From Candidatus Doudnabacteria bacterium (lineage in GTDB: Bacteria; Patescibacteriota; Doudnabacteria; UBA920; O2-02-FULL-48-8): 64,000 nucleotides of DNA. The stretch lies in assembly GCA_037200925.1 (NCBI GenBank), contig JBBCGO010000001.1:317248-381247 (forward strand), in the 5' to 3' direction. The position numbers were made by a program, and so were the translations under genes. Each line of letters starts with the position of its first letter. The stretch's first letter is position 1. The notes beneath the pieces were generated by a model. The model did no database searches, was not told the origin of the DNA, and worked only from the letters and a program-made list of their open reading frames with translations. Of this stretch, positions 10,938 through 21,586 are shown piece by piece.

Positions 10938-12452
10938 TTATTTACCGGTCAAACCCGTCTTTTCGCCCGGAATAGCATTCGCATCCGGTTTGGCAGTTGG
11001 CTGTTCGGCAATCAACTGGGCCGGCGATATAGGCGGAGGCGGGTTTATTTTTTGGTCGTTCAGCTGTTCAAATCGCTTCTCGTCCCGATTCAACCGCTTA
11101 TATAGAACGAAAATCACTATTGAAGCAAAAATAATGATTATAAAAACAATAATTGCCACAGCGGTGGTTTTGCCATGACCTTTGATGCTTGCGGCCAGCT
11201 GATCAAACTTGGTGTCAATCGATTTTTTAGCAGCGATCATTTGTTGGCAATCAGCAACATACGGATCAATATACTTTACCAAAGAAAAATCCGGATTGAT
11301 GTTATCTTTTGCCTGGTCAAATTCAGAAATCGCGCTCCTGCAATGGCTGGCCTGCATTAGTGCCAGCCCACGGACGATGTGATCAAAATAATCCGAATTC
11401 CCGTTCAATAAATTACTGGCCTGCAAAAAATCCTTGGGTATCTGGATCGGAATTGCAAAGGCAAAATTATCCCCTTGGCTATTGGTGCTGGTGTCGGATT
11501 CGTAAGTTACCACCCCGATCGCTTCCCCGGATGCGTTAAACAGCGGTCCGCCGCTCGATCCGGGCGAAATTTTGGCGTCGGTCTGGATAAGCTGGAAGTC
11601 CTTGTTAACGGAATCCTTAAATGCGCCTATTGAGCCTTGGGTGAATGTCGATTCGCTCAAATTCGTACCGTTAGCGTCAGCACTGGCCGGGAAGCCAAAA
11701 ATATAAATCTTATTGCCTGCATTCAGACCGGCAGAATTGCCGAGTTTGATCACCGGAAGCTTGCCTTTGGGATCGATCTTTATTTCGCCCACGTCCTTTC
11801 CGTCAAATTCAAAATTAGAGTTGGCGCTCACAAGAGTGGCGACAGAACCGTCCTTCACCGAATCGGAAAGAGTATTTTTTATTGACGAAGGATTGAGCAC
11901 GGTCAGTTCATTTTTCAGATTCGCAGTATTGTGAGCCAGAATATATTTTAGTAGATTCTGGTAAATTTCAAGACCCTTTGCCCCCGCATTATCCTGGGTA
12001 TAACCGAAGCTTTCCAATTGTGCATCTGAAAATTGGGAAAATTTTTCGGCCAAAACCAAATAAGCCAGGCTTTGGGCCTTGGTCACCAGATCGGCATTAT
12101 CCGAAACGACATGAGCATTGGAAAGGATATAACCGTCCGGACTGACCACAAAACCTGTCCCCAGCAGATCATCATCCACATTGACCTTCAGAGGCAGGCC
12201 GTGGTCATCAAAAATATCGCCGGTTTTGAGGTCAAAATCAAACGAATCAAAAGAAACATCTCCGGAAATATGGTGCACGATCCGGACAACTCCCGGCTTG
12301 ACCAGATTCACCAGATCTTCCTGGCTTAAATTCGCGGGCGGAATATCGGAACTGTAAATTATTTTCTGTGAATTTAAATAAACATAAACACCGGCGGCAG
12401 CCAGCATCAAAATCGCCGCGAAAACGCCCAAGCCCAAGAGGATTTTTTTCAT
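10938..12452 (-). CDS. Membrane-anchored trypsin-like serine protease
   Basis: GTGFVV, SNAHVV, SPGSSGGPL; N- and C-terminal TM helices. Confidence 0.88.
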   Translation of the reverse strand: MKKILLGLGVFAAILMLAAAGVYVYLNSQKIIYSSDIPPANLSQEDLVNLVKPGVVRIVHHISGDVSFDSFDFDLKTGDIFDDHGLPLKVNVDDDLLGTGFVVSPDGYILSNAHVVSDNADLVTKAQSLAYLVLAEKFSQFSDAQLESFGYTQDNAGAKGLEIYQNLLKYILAHNTANLKNELTVLNPSSIKNTLSDSVKDGSVATLVSANSNFEFDGKDVGEIKIDPKGKLPVIKLGNSAGLNAGNKIYIFGFPASADANGTNLSESTFTQGSIGAFKDSVNKDFQLIQTDAKISPGSSGGPLFNASGEAIGVVTYESDTSTNSQGDNFAFAIPIQIPKDFLQASNLLNGNSDYFDHIVRGLALMQASHCRSAISEFDQAKDNINPDFSLVKYIDPYVADCQQMIAAKKSIDTKFDQLAASIKGHGKTTAVAIIVFIIIIFASIVIFVLYKRLNRDEKRFEQLNDQKINPPPPISPAQLIAEQPTAKPDANAIPGEKTGLTGK

Positions 12453-13423
12453 TTTTTTCTTTTTAGGACTTTTTTGACTGCATTAATGATCGCTTTGCTG
12501 TCCATTCCCCATTTAGCGATCAGTTCGTTCTGTTCCCCGCTTTCGCCGAAGTGGTCAGGCATGCCCACGAACTCCTGAGGCACGGGAAAATTGCGCCCCA
12601 AAACTTCGGCCACAGCTCCGCCCACTCCGCCTGTGATCTGGTGCTCTTCGGCAGAAACAGCGCAGCCGGTTTTTTTCACGGATGCTGTAATGGTTTGCTC
12701 GTCGATCGGTTTGACCGAAGCAACATTTATAACCTCGCACTCAATCCCTTCTTTTGCAAGCTCATTGGCCGCGGCAAGAGCGTAATAGACCTGCGGACCG
12801 GCCGCGGCGATCGTGCAGTCCTTGCCTTCGCGGAAAACCTGCGCTTTGCCAATTTCAAACGGCGTTTCTTCTACTGTAAATTGAGGGGTTTTTTCGCGGC
12901 CCAGCCGGATATAAACCGGGCCATTGATCTTAGCCGAGGCCAAAGTGGCTTTACGCGCTTCAATTGCATCGCATGGGACTAGAACTGTCATGCGCGGCAA
13001 TACCCGCGTGATGGCAATATCTTCCATTGCTTGGTGCGTCGCGCCATCAGGCCCAACCGATATCCCGGCGTGCGAGCCCACGATTTTCACATTGTTGCCG
13101 CCATAGCAGATAGAGACTCTGATCTGATCCCAATTCCTGCCCGGAGAAAAAGTCGCGTATGAAGTGATGAACGGGATCTTTCCTTCATGCGCAAACCCGG
13201 CCCCTAAGCCGGCTAAATTTTGTTCGGCCACGCCGACTTCCACAAATCTTTCGGGGAAAGCATCGGCAAATGCCTGCGACCGGGTTGATTCGGTCAGATC
13301 GCAGCAAAGCACAACCACATCCGGATTTTCCTTGCCTAAGATCATCAAGCCCTCGCCATATCCATTGCGGATCGGGACTTGCTTCATATCGGACGCATAT
13401 AAATTATCGACTAATTTGATCAT
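12449..13423 (-). CDS. Transketolase C-terminal subunit
   Basis: GVAEQN, GPDGATHQ, GPVYIRLGR, EEHQITGG. Confidence 0.93.
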   Translation of the reverse strand: MIKLVDNLYASDMKQVPIRNGYGEGLMILGKENPDVVVLCCDLTESTRSQAFADAFPERFVEVGVAEQNLAGLGAGFAHEGKIPFITSYATFSPGRNWDQIRVSICYGGNNVKIVGSHAGISVGPDGATHQAMEDIAITRVLPRMTVLVPCDAIEARKATLASAKINGPVYIRLGREKTPQFTVEETPFEIGKAQVFREGKDCTIAAAGPQVYYALAAANELAKEGIECEVINVASVKPIDEQTITASVKKTGCAVSAEEHQITGGVGGAVAEVLGRNFPVPQEFVGMPDHFGESGEQNELIAKWGMDSKAIINAVKKVLKRKK

Positions 13424-13683
13424 GGGTTATATAATTTTCCGAGGTCTTTTATCACCTTGCCGATCCCGAATCTTTCGATCTCTTTTTTTACGCCGGCCTT
13501 ATCAAAAGGGGTCAGATCCGGATTAAGTTCAACTAATTCCAAGATCAGTCCTGCGGCTCTGTCTTCCAATTCTCCGGTTGGCAGCCCGGCATTATCAACT
13601 TTGACTAGATCCGAAGTCACGCTGGCCAAATCGGAACTTAACTTCTGGAGTGGATTCAAATTTTCACTTCCCGGATCATTCAT
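13420..13683 (-). CDS. Hypothetical protein (87 aa)
   Basis: ORF overlapping the tktC start; no motif recognised. Confidence 0.6.
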   Translation of the reverse strand: MNDPGSENLNPLQKLSSDLASVTSDLVKVDNAGLPTGELEDRAAGLILELVELNPDLTPFDKAGVKKEIERFGIGKVIKDLGKLYNP

Positions 13684-13698
13684 GTAAATAATCGGTAA

Positions 13699-14088
13699 TC
13701 AATCCAATTTTTTAGTATTCAACCGGCGATTCTCATCTTCAACTTTTTTATCAATATCTTCTTGAACGACACTTTTCAATTCACTTAGGGACATAGGCTC
13801 AGTCGTAAGGTTTTTTGGATGCAGTTTATATGTCAGAGCTTCGGCTTTGTCCGCAAGCATTTTATCCTCTTCACTAATCGGCCAACCGGGGTTTGCAAAA
13901 ATCATCTCAGTTTTAAGGGCTTTATATTCGGCCAAACGTTTTTCAGCCAAAGATTCATCTTGGCTTGCAGCCGCCTGCGCCAACGCATCTATCTTTTCGC
14001 TCAACATGCCTATCAGCTGACGATGTTTTTCTTGAAAAGTATCTGATTCTCTTGCTCCCAAATAATTGGGTTCTTTATTCATATTCAT
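13699..14088 (-). CDS. Hypothetical charged helical protein (129 aa)
   Basis: ORF tightly packed in operon; no motif recognised. Confidence 0.6.
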   Translation of the reverse strand: MNMNKEPNYLGARESDTFQEKHRQLIGMLSEKIDALAQAAASQDESLAEKRLAEYKALKTEMIFANPGWPISEEDKMLADKAEALTYKLHPKNLTTEPMSLSELKSVVQEDIDKKVEDENRRLNTKKLD

Positions 14089-14093
14089 GTGAT

Positions 14094-14252
14094 TTAATAA
14101 CAGATCATGCGTCCGCCCAGAGGTCTGCAGCCCCCGATCGGAGGGTTATAATTACTTTTTTTAGGTTCATATTTCCAAAGAAGAACACCAGAAAAAATTA
14201 GAGAAGCTAACAATAATAAAGCTAAAACGATGATAATAATATTTTTATTCAT
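14094..14252 (-). CDS. Small 52-aa membrane-anchored protein with C-terminal Cys pair
   Basis: Manual translation MNKNIIIIVLALLLLASLIFSGVLLWKYEPKKSNYNPPIGGCRPLGGRMICY. Confidence 0.6.
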   Translation of the reverse strand: MNKNIIIIVLALLLLASLIFSGVLLWKYEPKKSNYNPPIGGCRPLGGRMICY

Positions 14253-14274
14253 GCTCGCTCGCAAAATAGGTTCA

Positions 14275-14517
14275 TTAATTAAGTTTATTCTTGATCTCCT
14301 GCCCTGATTTTAGGTCAAAATCTTTCAAAAATTCAGGATCAGACTTTAGAATCTCTGCAGCAATTTCTTTGGCCAAACGTTCCATTTTTTCCGCATCAAC
14401 TCCATTCCTGTCTTCTCGAAGAGATGCTTCCTTTTTTTTGATATCTACATACTGTTCTTTGAGGTCTGCTAATCTGCTGTATGGCTCATATTCATACAGA
14501 TTCATTTCTCTGTCCAT
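14275..14517 (-). CDS. Hypothetical charged protein (80 aa)
   Basis: ORF with GAGG upstream; no motif recognised. Confidence 0.55.
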   Translation of the reverse strand: MDREMNLYEYEPYSRLADLKEQYVDIKKKEASLREDRNGVDAEKMERLAKEIAAEILKSDPEFLKDFDLKSGQEIKNKLN

Positions 14518-14540
14518 ATTATTGCCTCAGCGAGATTGAT

Positions 14541-15419
14541 TTACTCATGTTCGCTCGCAATCTTCCCTCCCAGAGTTCTTAATTCTTTCAATGCGATCGC
14601 GGCCTGCTGGTCCTTAGGAGGCGATCCGGACGGCTCAATCGTGCCCGGCGGATTGCCATGCCATTCAAAGCGGTATTCCATATAATCCACGCCTTTGCCC
14701 GGGATCGTATGGCAGATTATCACAGTCGGTTTTTCGGCAATTGCCTTGGCCTGATTGCAGGCATCGATTATTTCTTGCATATTGTGTCCGTCAATTTCCA
14801 GAACATGCCAGCCGAATGCTTTCCATTTATCAATGAAAGGTTCCAGCGGCATGATGTCTTCCGTGTAGCCGTCGATCTGAATGTTATTCCGGTCAATAAT
14901 TCCGGTCAGATTCCGCAGTTTATTTTTTCCCGCGAACATCGCCGCTTCCCAGATCTGGCCTTCTTCCTGCTCACCGTCGCTCATGACGCAATACACGCGC
15001 CAAGGTTCTTTTTTCATTTTCAAACCCGCATAGGCCATGCCCGCGGCTTGCGAAAGCCCTTGGCCTAAGGGGCCGGAAGTATTTTCAGCTCCTGGCAAAC
15101 CTTCGTGATGAGGGTGTCCCTGCAGTCTGGTTCCCAATTTGCGTAAGGTTGCCAGTTCAGCCATTGGGATAAATCCGGCTTCTGCCAAAGCTGCATACCA
15201 CACGGGGCAAATGTGTCCGCATGATAAAACAAATCTGTCGCGGGTGGGAAGTTCAGGATTTTTCGGATCAACGTTCAAGATCCCGCCAAAATATAGCGCT
15301 GTAAATACATCGGCCATGCCCAAAGGCCCGGCCGAGTGGCCCGATTTGGCAGCGACTAGCATTTTAATAATATCTTGTCGGATATCGTTTGCTTTTTGTT
15401 CGAGTTCTTTGATAGTCAT
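14541..15419 (-). CDS. Transketolase N-terminal (TPP-binding) subunit
   Basis: SGHSAG, DRFVLSCGH, LQGHP, SDGEQEEG, TIPGKG. Confidence 0.93.
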   Translation of the reverse strand: MTIKELEQKANDIRQDIIKMLVAAKSGHSAGPLGMADVFTALYFGGILNVDPKNPELPTRDRFVLSCGHICPVWYAALAEAGFIPMAELATLRKLGTRLQGHPHHEGLPGAENTSGPLGQGLSQAAGMAYAGLKMKKEPWRVYCVMSDGEQEEGQIWEAAMFAGKNKLRNLTGIIDRNNIQIDGYTEDIMPLEPFIDKWKAFGWHVLEIDGHNMQEIIDACNQAKAIAEKPTVIICHTIPGKGVDYMEYRFEWHGNPPGTIEPSGSPPKDQQAAIALKELRTLGGKIASEHE

Positions 15420-16075
15420 TAACTTTCAATATCTACTTTAAGCGCTTCAATTGCCAATTCTTCGTCTTCTGAGCGCAAGATCGCCGACCCGGCTACCAAG
15501 ATGTCAGCGCCTGCCTTGGCACACTGCCGGGCAATGCCGACTTTCACGCCTCCATCCACGCAAATTGTGACACTTTTGCTTAAGCTTCGCAATTCAACGA
15601 TCTTTGCGATTGTGGAAACCATAAACGGTCGGCCCTGAAAACCCGGCTGGATACCCATAAGCTGGATAATATCAACTTCCTTCAAAAATTTTCCGGCCAG
15701 ATGAAGCGGTGTTGCGGGGTTTATCACTAGTCCTGGCTTTAGTCCCAGACTTTTTGCCCTCTCGATCACCGGCTGGATCTCTGAATCATGGTTAAACGCT
15801 TCCAGATGGAATAAAACCCATTTGAATCCCGCATTTTTTGCATCCTCAAAATATATTTCCGGGGTCAGCGTCATAAAATGCGCCATCAGAAGAAACGGCG
15901 AGGATTTTAAAAAACCCAGATCAGCGGGCATCACGGTCTTATTGTGAATGAACTTGTCGTCAATGAAATCAATATGCAACTTAGTAAAATATTGGCTCAA
16001 CGCAAAAAGCCGCCCGTACCTTAAGCGGAAATCCGAGATATCATTGGTCAGAATTGCCGGAGAAATTTCGGTCAC
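15419..16075 (-). CDS. rpe: Ribulose-phosphate 3-epimerase
   Basis: ISPAIL, HIDFID, PGFQG, VDGGV, VAGSAI. Confidence 0.88.
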   Translation of the reverse strand: MTEISPAILTNDISDFRLRYGRLFALSQYFTKLHIDFIDDKFIHNKTVMPADLGFLKSSPFLLMAHFMTLTPEIYFEDAKNAGFKWVLFHLEAFNHDSEIQPVIERAKSLGLKPGLVINPATPLHLAGKFLKEVDIIQLMGIQPGFQGRPFMVSTIAKIVELRSLSKSVTICVDGGVKVGIARQCAKAGADILVAGSAILRSEDEELAIEALKVDIES

Positions 16076-16521
16076 AGATTTATATCTATTTTTTTTACTT
16101 TATTCACCCGCCTGTTAAATCGTTCTTCGTCGGCAAATGGAGTCGTCAAAAAAGTATGCACGATCTTTTTCGCCTCATCCAGGGTCGTGTAATCGGCTGC
16201 CAGACAAAGGATATTGGCGTCATCATCATTGCGCGCGGCGTGTGCGGTTTTTTCATTCCAAGCCAGAGCCGCTCTCGCCCCTTTGGCTTTGTTCGCCACA
16301 ATGCACTCGCCTTGCCCTGACCTGCAAACCAAGATCCCGAACGAATCCAGTTCCGAACCGACTCTGACCCCGACCGGCCAAGCAAAATCCGGATAATCAT
16401 CTTCTGAATCAAATTTTTTTGCTCCCAGATCCTCAAAATCAATACCCCACTCTTTGAGCCAGTTTTTTATCTCTTCCTTCAATTTATACCCGCCGTGATC
16501 AGCGCCTAAGTATACTTTCAT
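16072..16521 (-). CDS. rpiB: Ribose-5-phosphate isomerase B
   Basis: GADHGG, DYPD, CRSGQG, ANK, NILCL. Confidence 0.9.
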   Translation of the reverse strand: MKVYLGADHGGYKLKEEIKNWLKEWGIDFEDLGAKKFDSEDDYPDFAWPVGVRVGSELDSFGILVCRSGQGECIVANKAKGARAALAWNEKTAHAARNDDDANILCLAADYTTLDEAKKIVHTFLTTPFADEERFNRRVNKVKKIDINL

Positions 16522-17295
16522 ATTCGATGTATTGCTTCCCTGTTAAATTCTTTAATTACCTGCCAAAAATTCTCCGTATCCAGGCTGGCTGCGCCGACCA
16601 GTGCGCCGTCAATGATCGGATATTTGGCATACTCCTGAACGTTATTCTTGTTCACCGTCCCGCCGTATAAAACCCTCAGATTTCTGGCGGCCTTGCCGAT
16701 CCGATGCTCCAAAAGCTGAAAAATATGTTCTATCAGCTCACTGGCATGCTCACCTGTTGCAGGTTCGGATCTTTTCATGGTCGAAATAGCCCAGATTGGT
16801 TCATAAACGTAAACGATCTTCTCCAATTGCTTCTTGTCCAGGTCCTTTGTAACTTCCGCAAACTGTCTGGTAACCAGATTTTTCATTTCCGTCTTGACCG
16901 CGCCCTCTTCCCCGCCCAAACAGACAATAGGCGTGATCTTATGTTTTAGAGCGGCGATGATCTTGGCATTCACAACTGAGTCAGTCTCGCCTAGAGATAA
17001 TCTTCTTTCTGAATGGCCCAAAATAACGTATTTAACATTCCATTGCAAAAGCTGGACAGGCGAAATCTCGCCGGTCAGCGCCCCCCCCGTCCGCCCAGCT
17101 CATATTTTGCGCGCCCAACTGCACGCCGTCCGTATAATGCATGAGCGCCGGCAAATAAACGAACGGCGGACAGACCACGACCTCGGTATGAGCCGCGATC
17201 GATCGGCTGTGATGTTCAATGGCGGCTGCCAAGCGCTTTGCTTCGTCCACAGCCTGAGGATTCATTTTCCAGTTTGCGACAATAAGTTTTTTCAT
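16518..17295 (-). CDS. tpiA: Triosephosphate isomerase, split by +1 frameshift in C8 run 17081-17088
   Basis: ANWKMN and LGAQN in one frame; GHSERR, YEPIWAI, LYGG, LVGAASL in the other; deleting one G restores GALTGEISP. Confidence 0.93.
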
Positions 17296-18287
17296 TAGGG
17301 CTGTCTGTAAAGGTCGGCCGCCGCTTCCGGCATCACGGTATTCACATAAACGTCAGAACCCAATTCAAACCCACCCCAGACATTCAGGCGCGGCATGATC
17401 TCCAGGTGCCAATGGTAGCTGCGCACGTCATACTGCGTCCGCGGCGAATGCGATACGGGCAGGGTGTGGATGTAATAATTGTAAGCCGGATCAAAAAGTT
17501 TATAATAGATCTTTTGCAAAACGATTTTGAGCACGCGCGTCAAGGAGCTGCGCTGACTGTCGGTCATTTCAAAAAAATTCGCCTGGTGGGTTTTCGGAAG
17601 GATCCGCAGGGCATATGGAACTCTGGCCGCAAAAGGAGAAAGCACCAAAAAATCCTCGTCATCCAAAACCAATCTTGTCGGCTCGGATAATTCTTTAAGG
17701 ATCAACTCGCAAAAAATACAGGCGCCTGTTGCCATAAAAAAATGATGGCTGCTTAAGACCTCGTCATGCAGATGCTCCGGGACGAACGGCGTGGCAAAGA
17801 TCTGAGAATGGGGATGAATGACTGACGCACCGCCCTCATGTCCGTGATTTTGCAGGATATGGACATACTGGACCTCAGGATGATCAGACAGCGTAAGCAT
17901 CCGGCTCTGGTAGACTTCAAGGCATAAATTCAAAAGTTTGTCAGGCAAAAAACCCGTCAGGACATTGTGCGGCCTGGTGATGATGACCTCATGATCCCCG
18001 ATCCCTTCGCGTACGCGATAAAAATCGTGCCGTTCGCGGCCGCCAAAATGGCCTAATGCTTCAAACTTATTGGGTATTACGCGGACTTGCCAATTTTTTC
18101 CGACCGGCCGTGATAAAATTTCCTGATTCAAATTTTCCTGCCCGGGACAAAACGGGCAAGTTTTGTCGTGCTCAGGTAAAGTTGCCGGAAAAGCCGGAGG
18201 ATGCTTAAAATCCTCAGGGCGCGTGGACCTGTTCGGCGCAAAAAGCACCCAGTGTTTGGAGACTATGTCTTGTCGGAACTCACTCAA
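17295..18287 (-). CDS. galT: Galactose-1-phosphate uridylyltransferase (GalT family)
   Basis: CPFCPG, VIPNKF, GASVIHPHSQ, YHWHLE, GGFELG. Confidence 0.85.
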   Translation of the reverse strand: MSEFRQDIVSKHWVLFAPNRSTRPEDFKHPPAFPATLPEHDKTCPFCPGQENLNQEILSRPVGKNWQVRVIPNKFEALGHFGGRERHDFYRVREGIGDHEVIITRPHNVLTGFLPDKLLNLCLEVYQSRMLTLSDHPEVQYVHILQNHGHEGGASVIHPHSQIFATPFVPEHLHDEVLSSHHFFMATGACIFCELILKELSEPTRLVLDDEDFLVLSPFAARVPYALRILPKTHQANFFEMTDSQRSSLTRVLKIVLQKIYYKLFDPAYNYYIHTLPVSHSPRTQYDVRSYHWHLEIMPRLNVWGGFELGSDVYVNTVMPEAAADLYRQP

Positions 18288-18801
18288 AATGGAATGTTAA
18301 TTGTAACTGCCGGACAAAGGCATCCGTGCCGCGGATAACGTACAATTTATTTCCGTGCAAAGCCAAAATTACCGTTTCTGAATGACCCATGCCTAGATCA
18401 TTGGCGATTTTCTGCGCCGGCATATCGTCAAGCTGAGTGCTGACCTCGCTCGAAATTTTCAGGGTTTTGCGGATGGCTTTTTCTGAATCAGGGCTGGTGA
18501 CCTCGACAGTAACCCCCTCATCCGAATTAGTGCTCGGCACAAAAGTGATCGCGGAATTACTATCAGCTTCAATGGACCAATCCGCAGGGTAACGCACGTC
18601 AAAGCCCAGACGGGAATCTTTGTAGTTGTGCCACGGATAAAATGTATTTTCCGCAACCTGGGCTTCAAAACTTACATCCGTAACTTTGATATATCCGACC
18701 AGTGCGACCGTGACGATCACGGCGTAGGCGATCGTCCATATCAGCCATCGATTAGGATGGATTACAATTTTATGTATTTTGCTTAATTTCGTTTTGGCCA
18801 T
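18280..18801 (-). CDS. Membrane-anchored protein with one PsbP-like domain
   Basis: TM helix; WHNYKDSRLGFDVRYPADW...TFHFE. Confidence 0.7.
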   Translation of the reverse strand: MAKTKLSKIHKIVIHPNRWLIWTIAYAVIVTVALVGYIKVTDVSFEAQVAENTFYPWHNYKDSRLGFDVRYPADWSIEADSNSAITFVPSTNSDEGVTVEVTSPDSEKAIRKTLKISSEVSTQLDDMPAQKIANDLGMGHSETVILALHGNKLYVIRGTDAFVRQLQLTFHFE

Positions 18802-18807
18802 GCAATC

Positions 18808-19012
18808 TTATTTTGTCCTATGTTGATTGTTCGTATTAGTGCTGTGCGGTACCGTCAAAAAAGAATTTGAGACCCCATCTGTGTCCAGCTCTAGCTTTGC
18901 GATTGAAATCTGCGCCAATAGTCCCCGCACCTACAATAATCGCAAACACGACTGCCCAAACAAAATACCGCTGCGCGACCAATTGATCAACCCACGTTTT
19001 TCTTTTTGCCAT
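18808..19012 (-). CDS. Small membrane protein (about 67 aa), apparent +1 frameshift at cccc 18923-18926
   Basis: MAKRKTWVDQLVAQRYFVWAVVFAIIVGAG then LLAQISIAKLEL...HRTK* after removing one G; resembles N-terminus of next gene. Confidence 0.5.
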
Positions 19013-19073
19013 CTTTTTCCCTTGCCCGCCGTAGCTTTATGCGTAGGCGGATTAATTTTTTTATTAATTTTAA

Positions 19074-19478
19074 TTATTTTTTTGTGTCCAGGTATTGCTG
19101 CAGCATGATCTGTGCTGCGATATTGTCTTTTATGGCCCGTTGCTGGCGTACCCTCATCCCCTGATCCTTTAACAGCTTTCCCGCCTGAACTGAACTAAAC
19201 CGTTCGTCAACCAGTTTGATCGGAACTTTCACGGACCGGAATAAATTATCCGCAAATATTTTGAGTTTTTCAGCTGATTTGCCCTCCTTCCCGGAAAGAT
19301 CCGTTGGCAGGCCGAGTAAAATTAACCCGATTTCCTGCTCTTGGATTATTCTTTTTATTTCTAGAACGGCTTTTTTGCTTTCAAAAGGCTGTTTTAAGGG
19401 AAATGCGATTTTCGTGGCACTGTCGGCTATGGCAGCTCCTACCCGGACCGAGCCCCAATCCAGGGCCAGTATGCGCAT
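19074..19478 (-). CDS. ruvX: YqgF/RuvX nuclease
   Basis: ILALDWGSVRVGAA, LGLP, VDERFSS, DNIAA. Confidence 0.92.
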   Translation of the reverse strand: MRILALDWGSVRVGAAIADSATKIAFPLKQPFESKKAVLEIKRIIQEQEIGLILLGLPTDLSGKEGKSAEKLKIFADNLFRSVKVPIKLVDERFSSVQAGKLLKDQGMRVRQQRAIKDNIAAQIMLQQYLDTKK

Positions 19479-20747
19479 TATTTGCTTTCACCCAAAGTTA
19501 CGGTAACATCTTTGGTCTTGCCCCCGCTTAGCACGGACATTTTGACGATATCGCCCGGATTAAAGTCTTTCAGATACGAGGCCAGGCTATGATCCTGATC
19601 GATGGTGTGCCCGTTGATCTGTAAAATAATGTCATTCTCTTTAAGTCCGGCCTTATCAGCCGCAGACCCGGCCACAACTGCCGGAGCTGATGAAGCATCG
19701 CCGGAAACGATCAAGGCCCCATGATCAACGCTTAAATTATTTTCCTGCTGGATGCTCTGATTGACCAAAACGTAGCGCACACCGAGGAAAGGCTTGACGA
19801 TTCGTCCGAATTTTTTGAAGCTGTCTATATCCTTCTTAATGTCATTGACCGGGATTGCAAATCCGATGAGCTGTCCTTGGGAATCAATGGCGGTATTGAT
19901 GCCGATGACAGAGCCGCCGATATCCAGAAGCGGACCGCCGGAGTTGCCGGGATTGATGGCAGCATCTGTCTGGATGACTCCTTCAAGCTGCTCAGAATCA
20001 GAGCTGCCGGTCGTATCTCCGGCCGTGATCGTCCGGCCGATGCCGGACACTATCCCTTTGGTCACTGTGTTGCTGTACTGGCCCAGAGAATTTCCGATCG
20101 CCACGACTGTCTGGCCGATCTGCAGATTCGAAGAATCTCCCAATGCCAAGGTCGGTAAGTTGGAGGCGGTGATCTTTACCAAAGCCAGGTCATTGACCGG
20201 GTCCCGGGACAAAACGGTGGCGTCATATTTTTTGCCGTCATTTGTCAAAACGGTGTACGTTGCGGTTGTATCGTCGACCACGTGCTTATTGGTCATGATC
20301 AGCCCGTCGGAAGAGATAATGAACCCGGACCCGCCGCCGACCTGCTGAATATTCGGCGTAGCGCTGTTATTTTGCTGATTCTGACTGCGGTTCTGGAAAA
20401 AAGGGTCAAACGAAAACGGCCCGAAATCATAGGGCGAAGTCGAGTATCCCGGGATCTTATTCAGGTCTTTGGAAATAATGATGGAAACCACTGCCGGACT
20501 GGAGTTTTTCACGACATCCACAATTCCCGACTGCTCGTTAACTGAAACTGTCTTAATGTCAGCGCCGGTGCTGCTAACACCCAAAGATATGCCGTGCGTG
20601 AGTAAGAAAGGTCGTACCAAACACGGCACCCGCTATGCCAAACAGGAAACTCAGCAAAACAACCAGAGAAACCAGCTTAAAATTGGACTTATCCGCGTTT
20701 TCCCGCAGATCCTCGGTGAGATTTTTTTCGTTATGTAAATTTGTCAT
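19478..20747 (-). CDS. htrA: HtrA/DegP-family protease with PDZ domain, apparent +1 frameshift near 20607-20609
   Basis: GSGFII, TNKHVV, TDAAINPGNSGGPL; N-terminal TM segment (LVSLVVLLSFLFGIAGAVFG) in adjacent frame from ATG 20747. Confidence 0.9.
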
Positions 20748-20821
20748 ATTTCTATTAACGATTTTGGCTATCAGGTATTACAGGTTGGTATATTATAACA
20801 TATTCCACGTCAAGTTCAAAA

Positions 20822-21586
20822 TCATTGCAAGGTAAGGATCTCGCATCCGTTATCGGTTATCATAACCGTATGTTCAAAGTGGGATGATCGGCCATGATCA
20901 GAAGTTTTAATGGTCCAGTTGTCTTGTGCAAAGTAAACCTTCCAGCCAAATTCATTGACCATGGGTTCTACCGCGATCACCATGCCTTTGATAAGTTTAG
21001 TTCCTGTGCCGTGTTTGCCAAAACACGGAACTTCCGGCTCTTCATGCACGGCTTTTCCCACTCCGTGCCCCACCAGCTCCCTGACAACCTGGAATCCGTA
21101 GTCTTTTGCTATCGATTCAATCGCAAACCCGACATCACCTGTATAATTATCCGGTTTCACCTGCATAAGTCCGGCTTTCAAAGCTTCTTGAGCTGCTGCG
21201 ATCAATTTCAGGTACTTTCCAGAAACTTTACCCACAGGTACGGTGATTGCGGCGTCCGTGAACAACCCTTGATATTGCACTCCGAGATCCAGGCCGACGA
21301 TATCGCCGTCCTGCATAATTTTATCTTTGCCAGGAATGCCGTGCACGACCTCATCATTGACGGAAACGCAGAGGCTGGCAGGAAAAGGCGTATCGCCCGG
21401 CTGCGGGCGGTAATTTTTGAACGACGGAATCCCTCCGAGCTTCCTGATCTCCGATTCTGCCAGCTGGTCCAGGTCAAAAGCCGAGACTCCCGGTTTCACT
21501 TGCTTTGCGACCAGATCCAAAACAGCGGCCAAGATCTTGCCTCCTTGGCGCAGAATTTCAAGCTCTTTTGGATCTTGAGTAATCAT
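20822..21586 (-). CDS. map: Methionine aminopeptidase type I
   Basis: CVSVNDEVVHGIP, GHGVG, HEEP, HFEHT. Confidence 0.96.
   Translation of the reverse strand: MITQDPKELEILRQGGKILAAVLDLVAKQVKPGVSAFDLDQLAESEIRKLGGIPSFKNYRPQPGDTPFPASLCVSVNDEVVHGIPGKDKIMQDGDIVGLDLGVQYQGLFTDAAITVPVGKVSGKYLKLIAAAQEALKAGLMQVKPDNYTGDVGFAIESIAKDYGFQVVRELVGHGVGKAVHEEPEVPCFGKHGTGTKLIKGMVIAVEPMVNEFGWKVYFAQDNWTIKTSDHGRSSHFEHTVMITDNGCEILTLQ

Noticed and set aside
16518-17295. tpiA, gap and pgk as true pseudogenes or programmed frameshifts
   Set aside because: Single same-direction homopolymer insertions with no other decay, also in rpsS and htrA; sequencing error is simpler. Kept only as a low-interest check.
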